From assembly GCA_963843575.1 (NCBI GenBank), contig CAWJKZ010000014.1, positions 768,001 to 832,000 on the forward strand: a stretch of 64,000 nt of DNA, given 5' to 3'. The notes below the pieces were generated by a model. It was not told where the DNA came from, searched no databases, and saw only the letters and a program-made list of their open reading frames with translations. Positions 36,267 through 45,169 of this stretch are shown here, one piece after another. The stretch comes from an uncultured Acidobacteriota bacterium. Its GTDB lineage: Bacteria; Acidobacteriota; UBA6911. A program made the position numbers and the translations under genes. Position 1 is the first letter of the stretch, and each line of letters begins with the position of its first letter.

Positions 36267-37511
36267 TCAGCCCGTTCCCTCTTCGTCGAGGAATGCGCGG
36301 GTTGCCGCCGCCAGCACTTCCTTCAGCGGCACGCCCGTCTCGGAAGCGAGTCGCCGGCAATCCTCGTATTCGGGCGCGAAGTTCATGCGCGCTCCGTCCA
36401 GGGAACAGACTTTCACCCGCACGGGACCGTATTCGGTCCGCACCTCGGCGAATCTGCGGTCGAGCGCCCGGCGTTCGGCCCGCGTGTGCCGGATCCCGAT
36501 GGTCGTGGTTTCGGCAAAGACCAGCCGGACGAGGGAGTCGAGACTGCTGACGGCGCACAGCACGGTCACGAGCTGACCGGGGCGGTTCTTCTTCATCTGG
36601 ATGGGCGTGGCATAGACCTCGAGCGCACCCTGCGCCATGGCCCGCTCCTGGAAATAGCCGTAGACCTGCGGGCTCATGTCGTCGATGGTCGCCTCGATGA
36701 CCGCAACTTCCTGGTCGGCGGCGGAAGCCGATTCCGCGAGTTCCTCGCCTGTCGTGACGCGCAGGACATTCGCGCTCCCGGCGACCTCGCGGGCGCCGGC
36801 CCCGTATCCCGTCGCCTGGATCTTCATCAGGGGACGGGGGCCGAATCCTTCCGACAGGGTGACGACGAGAGTGGCTCCGGTCGGGGTGGTCAGTTCTCCC
36901 GTGACCGAGTTGGAATAGGTGGGGACGCCGCGCAGCAGTTCCTGCGCCGCCGGGCCGGGCACGGGGTAGAGCCCGTGCCGGCACTCGAGCGTGCCCTGAC
37001 CGACATTGACGGGAGCGCAGACAATCCTGGCCGGCTGCAGGCCTTCGACCGCGATCATGCAGCCGACGATGTCGACGATGGAGTCCACGGCGCCCACCTC
37101 GTGGAAATGCACCTCATCGGGGGGCTGGTGGTGTATTTTCCCCTCGGCCTCGGCCAGGCGCAGAAAAGCCTCGACGGATTTTGCCTTGACGAAATCGGAA
37201 AGCCCGCTCGACTCAATCATCGTTCGGATCTCCCGAAACGTGCGCTCGTGGCCGCCTTCACCGTGGTGGTGCCCGTGGCCGTGGTGCGGGGAGGGACCGT
37301 CGTGCGGGTCGAGTTCGACGTCGAACTTGGTCGCCTGTATCCCGGCGCGGCTGCACTTTCGGCTCGAGATGCGGTAACCGCGCAGGGGCAGGAACTGGAG
37401 CTGGCGGATCAGCTCTCCGAGATCGAAACCCTGATCGAGCAGGGCGCCGACCATCATGTCGCCGGCGACGCCGGAGAACGGTTCGAGGTAAACGATTCGG
37501 TTTGGGGACAT
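36267..37511 (-). CDS. larC: nickel pincer cofactor biosynthesis protein LarC
   Basis: SGVAGDM, His-rich stretch, HFHEVGAVDSIVD, ELTTPTGA, MKKNRPG, PEYED. Confidence 0.93.
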   Translation of the reverse strand: MSPNRIVYLEPFSGVAGDMMVGALLDQGFDLGELIRQLQFLPLRGYRISSRKCSRAGIQATKFDVELDPHDGPSPHHGHGHHHGEGGHERTFREIRTMIESSGLSDFVKAKSVEAFLRLAEAEGKIHHQPPDEVHFHEVGAVDSIVDIVGCMIAVEGLQPARIVCAPVNVGQGTLECRHGLYPVPGPAAQELLRGVPTYSNSVTGELTTPTGATLVVTLSEGFGPRPLMKIQATGYGAGAREVAGSANVLRVTTGEELAESASAADQEVAVIEATIDDMSPQVYGYFQERAMAQGALEVYATPIQMKKNRPGQLVTVLCAVSSLDSLVRLVFAETTTIGIRHTRAERRALDRRFAEVRTEYGPVRVKVCSLDGARMNFAPEYEDCRRLASETGVPLKEVLAAATRAFLDEEGTG

Positions 37512-37544
37512 TGTCCAGTACCTGTGCGGTGAGGCGCTCACTTA

Positions 37545-37784
37545 GGGTTCGCGCAAGAATAGGTTTACATTTTGGCGCGAGCGCCGGGCGGGCAGATGCC
37601 AGGCGCCGCGACGCAGGCGATGTGGTGACATCGTCGAGGAGCGGCAACGCCGCGGATGCCCGCCCGCCGCCGCGCCCCGGAGGGCTGACGGCTCCGTCAA
37701 TAGCAATCTCCTATCTTTGGTCGCCGCATGATCTGTTGGCTCGCGAGCCGTCAGCAAAATGTGAAATTATTCTTGCGCGAGCCC
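37545..37784 (+). repeat. 240-bp element with 30-bp terminal inverted repeats and nested internal stems (MITE-like or structured ncRNA)
   Basis: 37545-37574 matches the reverse complement of 37755-37784 at 26/30 positions; internal perfect 10-bp and 11-bp stems; no credible ORF. Confidence 0.7.
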
Positions 37785-37966
37785 ATAGAGTACGGTCGTG
37801 AGTTTATGGGCCGACCGGGGCGAAGTCAAGGCGCCCAGAACGGCCTCGGGCACGTGGTCGGGGGCACATCCAGGGTCAGCGGCGCCGTGGCGCGCGCGCG
37901 TTGCATTTCCGCCGGCCCATAGGGTAATGTTTGGGCGTCCAACTCTTACGAGGCCGGCACCCATTC

Positions 37967-39967
37967 ATGCTCACATCCCTGACCCAGAATGTTGAAAGAG
38001 TCCTCCTGCAGAGAATCCTCGAGCGCTACCAGGTTCGGTACGAGCGGCTGAATTTCTCGCTGCCCCCCAAGATCGAAATGGGGGAGCTCGCTCTCCCCAT
38101 CGCCTTCGAGCTGGCGCGCAAGGTCAAGCGCCCGCCCCGGGAAATCGCGCAAGAACTCGCGGACGACGCCCGGAAGGTTCCGGGAATATGGAAGGTGGAT
38201 GTCGCGGGCGCAGGCTATCTGAACCTGTTCATCGACCGCGCGAGCCTGGCTCTTGCGCTCGCTGAAAGCATCGACGGCGGAGGTTTTGGCCGAACGTCGC
38301 CCCCCAAGTTTCCAGGCAAGATCATCGTCGAGCACACGAACATCAATCCCAACAAAGCCGCCCACATCGGGCACCTGCGCAACGCGTCCCTGGGGGACTC
38401 TTTCGTGCGATGCCTGCGGTTCCTCGACCACACCGTCGAAGTCCAGAATTACCTCGACAACACCGGGGTGCAGGTTGCCGACGTCGTCGTTGGGTTGGAG
38501 CGGATGCAGGGCCAGACGCTCGAGCAGGTCGCGGCCATCGAGGGGAAATTCGATTACTACTGCTGGGATGTATACGCACGCGTCTCCGGGTTCTACGGCC
38601 GGTCGCCGGAGAACAAGAAGCTGCGCAGCGTCACGATGCAGGCGATCGAAGGCGGCGACAATCCCACCGCGGAACTGGCCCAGCACGTCGCGATGCGCGT
38701 CGTCCGCGCGCACCTCGCTACCATGAGACGCATCAACGTGGAGTACGACCTCCTGCCGCGCGAAAGCGAAATCCTGCACCTGCACTTCTGGGAGCGCGCG
38801 TTTGAACTGCTGAAGGAACGTGGCGCGATCTATTTCGTGGAGGAGGGAAAAAACCGGGGCTGCTGGGTGATGAAGACAGGCGGGCCGGCCGAAACCGGCG
38901 ATGGCGAGGCCAGCCGGGAGGAACTCGAGGACGACGAGAAGATCATCGTCCGGTCCGACGGGACGGTCACCTACGTCGGGAAGGATATTGCCTACCAATT
39001 GTGGAAATTCGGGCTTCTCGGGCTCGACTTCCATTACCGCCCTTTCGAGAGCCAGGACGGGCACGGCGTCTGGATCACCGCGACCGAGAGCTTGCCGGGG
39101 GTTGAGTCACCCGCCTTTGGCCGAGGGCGGCGTGTCTACAACGTCATCGACGTGCGCCAGTCCTACCTGCAGCAGATCGTGCTGCAGGGGCTCCGGGCAC
39201 TCGGCTACGAGGACGAGGCGCGGAATTCGATACACTTCTCGTACGAAATGGTGGCCCTCAGCCCCGCGTGCTGCGAGGATCTCGGATACGACCTTTCCGA
39301 AGAGGACAAGAAGCGGCCGTATGTCGAGGTATCCGGACGCAAGGGACTCGGGGTCAAGGCGGACGACCTCCTGGACCAGCTCCTGTCGAAAGCGCTCGCC
39401 GAGGTGCGCGCGCGGCCGATCGGACGCGAGCTCCCCGATGAGGATGCCGCCGCTGTCGCCCAATCCATCGCGGTGGGCGCGCTCCGCTATTTCCTCCTCC
39501 GGTTCGCCCGCAACACCGTCATCGCCTTCGATTTCAAGGAAGCCTTGAACTTCGACGGGGAAACGGGCCCCTACGTGCAGTACGCCGTCGTGAGGGCCAA
39601 CAACATCTTCCGCAAGCTCGCCGAAACCGGGCCGGCCAACCCGCCCCGGCGCGCCGACGTGGATGAAGACGCGTTGCGCGAATTCTTCGCGGCCTCGGAC
39701 GACATCTGGGAACTCGTGTACCTGGCGGCGCGTCTGCCCGAAGTCGCAAGACAGGTCACCACCTCGCTGGAAATGTCACAGCTCTGCAAATACGCCTACG
39801 CGCTGGCCCAGAAATTCAACCTTTTTTACCAGAAACCGAGCTGCAGAATCCTCGCCGAAACGGATGCCGAAAGAAAAAAACACCTGCTTCTGGTCGTGGA
39901 CGTGGTCCGCCGCCAACTGGAAAAGGCGCTCAATCTCCTGGGGACCGATGTCCCCCGCATGATGTAG
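37967..39967 (+). CDS. argS: arginine--tRNA ligase
   Basis: EHTNINPNKAAHIGHLRN, DGETGPYVQYA, C-terminal PRMM. Confidence 0.95.
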   Translation: MLTSLTQNVERVLLQRILERYQVRYERLNFSLPPKIEMGELALPIAFELARKVKRPPREIAQELADDARKVPGIWKVDVAGAGYLNLFIDRASLALALAESIDGGGFGRTSPPKFPGKIIVEHTNINPNKAAHIGHLRNASLGDSFVRCLRFLDHTVEVQNYLDNTGVQVADVVVGLERMQGQTLEQVAAIEGKFDYYCWDVYARVSGFYGRSPENKKLRSVTMQAIEGGDNPTAELAQHVAMRVVRAHLATMRRINVEYDLLPRESEILHLHFWERAFELLKERGAIYFVEEGKNRGCWVMKTGGPAETGDGEASREELEDDEKIIVRSDGTVTYVGKDIAYQLWKFGLLGLDFHYRPFESQDGHGVWITATESLPGVESPAFGRGRRVYNVIDVRQSYLQQIVLQGLRALGYEDEARNSIHFSYEMVALSPACCEDLGYDLSEEDKKRPYVEVSGRKGLGVKADDLLDQLLSKALAEVRARPIGRELPDEDAAAVAQSIAVGALRYFLLRFARNTVIAFDFKEALNFDGETGPYVQYAVVRANNIFRKLAETGPANPPRRADVDEDALREFFAASDDIWELVYLAARLPEVARQVTTSLEMSQLCKYAYALAQKFNLFYQKPSCRILAETDAERKKHLLLVVDVVRRQLEKALNLLGTDVPRMM

Positions 39968-40435
39968 ATGATGCCCTGGTCGTTGCTCTCTCTTTGCCTG
40001 ATGCTCGCCCCGGTCGTGCAAGCGCAATCGAGCGGCGCTCCGGATGCACCCTGCCTTCTGCCGGCCGAAGAGCTCAGGCTGCAAAGGGAGCCGAAACTCG
40101 ACAACCGGATAAGGATCTACGAAGCCGCTTCCGCCCGCTGCGCCGACTCCGTTCAGCGCGCACTGGCCGCACCTAACCCGCCGCCCGTCTCAGCCGCCCT
40201 TGCCAACTGGATGCAGCTGCTCGAACGGTCGCTCAAGGACGTGGAGAAGACTGCGGACCGCAAGCGGAAATCCAAGGCGCTGATCCGATACGAAATCCAG
40301 CTCCGCAAATCGATCACCGAGGTGCAGGACGCCAAGATGAAGGCGTCGTACGAAGGCATGGAGGAGATCAGCGCCTGGGCCACCCGGGCCGACGCGATCC
40401 GCAAGAGATTTGTGGACATCTTGTTTCAGAGGTGA
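39968..40435 (+). CDS. secreted helical hypothetical protein
   Basis: Signal peptide (AQS), helical pattern, start immediately after the argS stop. Confidence 0.7.
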   Translation: MMPWSLLSLCLMLAPVVQAQSSGAPDAPCLLPAEELRLQREPKLDNRIRIYEAASARCADSVQRALAAPNPPPVSAALANWMQLLERSLKDVEKTADRKRKSKALIRYEIQLRKSITEVQDAKMKASYEGMEEISAWATRADAIRKRFVDILFQR

Positions 40436-40454
40436 GCCACGGAGGTGGTTTCGA

Positions 40455-41014
40455 TGCCGCTCCGCAAAATGAGGCCGACCCTGCTGCTGACCCTGGTGGC
40501 CGCCTGCACGATCTCGGCCCCAGCCCCCGCCCACGAGCCCGCCAAGGAATTCCTCACACCCAAAGAGATCGAGAAGATCCAGGATACCCAGGAGATCGAC
40601 GGCAGGGTGAAGGTCTATCTCGAAGCGGCGGCGCTGCGTCTGAAAACCGCGGAGGACCGCCTGAACGGCAAAGAGTCCGAGCCAGGTGATCCCCTCGAGT
40701 TTTTCAGCGCCGAGGAGATGGTAGACGGCTACTACCAGATTCTCCGCGCCGTCATGCTGAATCTCGACAGCGCATTCCAGAATCAGGCCGTCGAGCGTGA
40801 GAAGATCGGCAAGGCCCTGAAGAATTTGAAAGACAGCACGGAACGAGCGGCCAAGGATCTCGCCATACTGAAAAAAATCGCCGAGGAGAAGAAACGCGAG
40901 GAGATGTGGAACCTGCTGAGCCAGGCGTCGGAGATTACCGAGGGGGCCCGGCAGGGTGCGGAAGCAGGGCTTCGCCAACACCCTGCCCCGTCAAAAGGCA
41001 GGAAAAAACCTTGA
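40455..41014 (+). CDS. secreted helical hypothetical protein, likely paralog of the upstream gene
   Basis: GGAGG RBS, signal peptide, FLTPKEIEKIQD...RVKVYLEAAALRL. Confidence 0.75.
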
Positions 41015-41056
41015 CGCCGGGCGGCTCCGACGAACCGGGCCAACCCGGCGGTCCGC

Positions 41057-43512
41057 TCAGTAGACCCACTCGCCGGACTTGCCCCTGGTCGTTCTGCCGC
41101 CGGAGCCGGCGACATCCGCGGCGACGGTGCCCTCGCCCGCCTGCACCAGCACGATCGCCGATGACAGCACACCGTACAATTCCGGGTGGCTGGCCAGAAC
41201 ATCCTGGAGCGACCAGATGACGCCCTGGTGTGGACCGAGGACGATCCGCTGAGTCGAGAAGACGCGGTCACCGGCCACGACGGCAACTACCGCCGTGGTT
41301 AACTGGTCGAGCGGGTTGGCGATCCATATACGCCCGCTCGCGCCTATCGGCCCGGCTTCGAACTCCCATGAGCGAGGGAGCGCGTCGGACTCGATCGCCG
41401 CCACGGCCTCCGGTTGCGCGCCCGCGTCCTCCAGGCTGAACAGCAGGCTGTCGCTGTATGTCTCCCAGTGCCCGCCCTCATCCAGTGCGGTCAGGGTTTG
41501 GCCGGGCAGGACCGACAGCGCGGCAAACGCTTCGATCACTATCTCCTGAACGGCCACGAGGTTTCCCGCCGCATCGAACCCGTTCCAGATGGTGGAAATC
41601 CTGCGGTTGAACACGTTCGCGAGCACATACGAGACCGATTCGCCGGTCTGCGCCAGGACAGGCCACGTCAGGTGGTGAGCGCCGTCCCGGATCGTGTGCG
41701 ACTCTCTGGAAGTCAACTTCCCGGTGACGGTTGCCGTGTCCCCCGGGTGCCGGTCCGCCCCGGCAAGGTGGACGACGGCGTGCCGGCCACCCAGGTCGAT
41801 TCCAGGGGAACGGCGGCCGCCGACGGTCGCGGCATCGCCCACCACCCGTGGTTGCCATACGACGCGGTAACCGGGAGCGAGGAAGCCGCCCGCCCTTCGT
41901 CCGCCGAGGTTTCAAGGCCGGTCGAGGTGGAAAGTACCGCGGACGGACCAGCGGAGACCGGGTCGACGAGCGCGTTCTGCACCCTGTCGCCGCGCGCCTG
42001 GCCGCCTACCTGGACGACCCGCACGCTGGCGCCGCCGTCCGATACGACGAGCCCAAGCTCTTTCTCCAGAAACGCTCCTACCTGCTGCGGCTCCATCTCT
42101 GACGCTTCCAGCGTGATCGGCACCCAGCTGTCTTCGGCTGAAAGCTGCGGCAAGTCGACGTCTTCGGACCGCAGCGTGTGAAACACCCGTGCGGCCGAGA
42201 CGGCTGCGGAAGTTGAACGACAGCGCGCCCGCAGGAGATTTCCGCACCGAGTATTCGGGCCTGGCATCGAGTTCCGAGACCAGCGGGATCCTGGCTTGCC
42301 CGAGGCGAGCGGTTTTGGCGCTGCCTCCCTGTTGCGCCACGGTGATCGGCGAGCCCGAGCTGGTTTCCGATCGCCGCAACGATGCTCTCGTCGCTGCTCT
42401 GCACCGGGTAGGCAAGATTCCCGGTCACCCTCACGTCACCCGCACCCGCCACGAATTCCCCCGTGGTCGTCTCGAGCAGCTTCCTGAGTGGCACGCTGTC
42501 GGCCCGCACCTGCAGCAGGAGCCCCGCATCGGTCGCCACTACCGATGAGCTCAGCAGATCCGCTCCGTGCGAAGCCCGCGCGGTCCGGCCGCAGCGACGC
42601 GACGACCGCGAGCGCCGCAGTCCCCGCCTTCGGGGACGACGGCAATCTGGGTCGGGCGTGAAATACGCCGCATTTCCAGCTCCGATCTCACGAGACCCCG
42701 ATAGCACCTCCAGCCTGACCGTACCGGCACCGATCCGCACACCCCCGACCGGGAGAACGGTCGCATTGAGGATTTCAGACCGGTCTTCCGACATCAGGAG
42801 GTTCGGCAGGGAGACTGGTCGAGGTGCACGTCGAAACTTGCCTTCCTGGCGCGCCAGGTCCCCGCTGGGGTGCGCACCTGCAGGTCACCCGCGGCGTCGG
42901 CCTCGGAAGATACGGTCCCGTGCAGCAAGGCCAGCTGGCCGGCTGTACCCTGACCAGCTCGCACCGACCTGCGCCAGGGCGCCCTGGTGCAGGGTCAGCC
43001 TGACGCATTCGAGCAGCAGGATCTGCGCAGGGCTGCGCTCCGGGTTCCTGATCCAATCGCCGGCCCTGATCAGCGCGCCCGGGCCGATCGCACTCCAACC
43101 CGGCGCGTCGGAGGTAGCGCACCTCCAGCCGGTCGCCCGCGTTGAGCACCTTGCCCAGGCTGTGACGTTCGCACTGTCGGGAAGAACTGGACCACGACGA
43201 AGGCGAGCACGACGGCAGCCGCGATGGCGGGGGCCCAGCGGAAAATGCGCGCCCGCGCCTTCCTGGGTGCCGCAACCGGAGCCGGGGACGGACGGCGCCT
43301 GCGCCGCCGCCCGACCCTCCGCACAAAGCCTTCGTCAAGCGCGGCCCTGGCGAAGAACCCCGCAGGAGCGTTCCCTGGGCCCGCCAGTCGTCCAACGCCC
43401 GCCGGCAGGTTTCACAGCCCACGACATGGCCGTCGACGTCCTCTTTCTCGGAGGGCGACAGCTCGCCATCGAGCAGCCTGGATATGAGGGGAAAGTAGTA
43501 TGTGCAGCTCAT
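41057..43512 (-). CDS. large membrane anti-sigma factor (ZAS zinc finger, TM, FecR-like, extracytoplasmic repeats); multiple frameshifts
   Basis: LLDGEL...HVVGCETC, TM RWAPAIAAAVVLAFVVV, FecR-like beta region; ATG overlaps the sigma stop; continuity across frameshifts is reconstructed. Confidence 0.7.
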
Positions 43513-44083
43513 GATGCACTGCTCCCGGATCTGTTCTCGATCAGCTTTTCTCTGATCATGGAGCGCACCCTGTACAGTTTTTCTCCAACAGCCGACACCG
43601 TCATGCCCAGCAGGTCCGAAATCTCACGATAGGAAAGGTTGTCCACGTGCTTCATGACGAAGATTTCGCGGTAGTCCTCTCGCAAGTGAGCTCAGCGCGG
43701 CGAGCAGATCGGCCTCGGCGAAGTCGGTACCATCGTCCTTTTCGTCCGGCGGCCCGACATTGGCCTTGAGGGACACCTCCTTGTGCAGGTCCGGATCGTG
43801 ATCGATGGACAGCCAGCGGGGATTGCGCCGGATGTAATCGATGCACTTGTTCCTCGCGATGCGGAGCAGCCACACTTTGAACCGGCTGCCGTCGCGCAGG
43901 CTCGAGATCGACTGCAAGGCCTGGACAAAGGTTTCCTGGGCTAAATCTTCTGCTGTGTGGAAGTTACCGACATAATTGTAGGCCAGTCCCAGCACCGTGT
44001 TCATATATTCGCGAACAAGGCAGTCGAAGGCCAGAGGGATCTCCATCTGCGCACCGACGTACCAGATCAGAAGTCGGATCCAT
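43509..44083 (-). CDS. ECF RNA polymerase sigma factor (frameshifted)
   Basis: AEDLAQETF, FKVWLLRIARN, YREIFVMKHVDNLSYREISDLLG. Confidence 0.9.
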
Positions 44084-44239
44084 TCCCCTCGCCTTTACGT
44101 CTTGGGAGCGCTCTGCAATGTAGTCGCACGCGCGCGTTCTTATTAGAAGACAAAAACTGCACGCTATCGGAATTCCAATATCGGGAGAATTACGCGATTG
44201 CGGTACTTCACACGCCCGAACCGGCCTACTACTCTTCGA

Positions 44240-44850
44240 TCAGTAGGGCCGATTCTGTCCGCTCGGGATGCGGAAGTCAATACACTGTTGAAAGAGGCTG
44301 ATCCCCGCCATTCCGACCGCTCCCGGCACCATCACAGCCGGAAGGCTTTCCGGCGCATCCCCCCCAGCGCGAACACCGGGATACGGACCGAGGCACAGAC
44401 CTCTCCCAGGGCGGAAGTCCGATAGGGGAGCCAAGGCCGACCTTCGACCGGGTAGGGAAGACATGGCCGAGCAGGAGGTAGTCCGCCCCCGCCAGGGAAG
44501 CCTGAACACCCTCGGCCCGGAGTGGACGGATACACCGATCAGGAATCCGCGAGGCGTCCAGCGCCTGAGGTCGGCCGGTTCGGGCCCGTTGGCAGGGAGG
44601 TGAACGCCGTGGAGACCGGCGGCCAACGCGAGATCGGCACGGCCGTTGAGCATCACCCTGGTCGAGGTTCCGCGCGCGAGTCGCTCCACGCGAAGGGCGA
44701 GCTCGTACAGCTTGCCGTCGGTGAGGTCCTTTTCGCGGATCTGGACAAAGTCGACACTCCCGGGAGATCTGGCGGCGGATGCAGGCGAGCAGGGTCGTTC
44801 CCGTCAGCTCGTAGCGATTGGTGATGTAATAGTAGAGCGGACGCTTACTT
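44240..44850 (-). CDS. thiamine-phosphate synthase / TenI family (frameshifted)
   Basis: YYITN, VQIREKDL, HGVHLP, IGVSVHS, VFPTRSK, VFALGG; start approximate. Confidence 0.85.
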
Positions 44851-45169
44851 GGGAAAGTAGGATCTGTAGCTCTTCCGGAACTGCACAATCTCTTGGATTC
44901 CGATCAGGATGTTCACGATCCCCAGACCGAGAACCGCCCCCTTGAGAAACGGGTTGGCCACGATCGGGTCGGATCGCGGGCAGTTTATAGATCAGGTAGT
45001 TGTTCTCCCAGAGATCCAGCCAGGGGAGAAACAGAAGAAACACACCGACTTCCAGGGAATAGATGATGTAGAGGATGTGCCAGACCCAGGCCATGCGCGA
45101 CGGTGAACGCAGCTTGCCCCGGTCGTCGATGGAGAATTCCCGCGAAGGAGGAGAGATGCTAAGGGACAT
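44845..45169 (-). CDS. small two-TM membrane protein (frameshifted)
   Basis: ILYIIYSLEVGVFLLFLPW...WENNY...LGLGIVNILIG. Confidence 0.65.

Noticed and set aside
44130-44200. Autoregulatory ECF promoter (GGAATT...GTCT on the minus strand) upstream of the ECF sigma
   Set aside because: The spacing (about 19 nt) is off for typical ECF promoters, and a single instance is not supportable.
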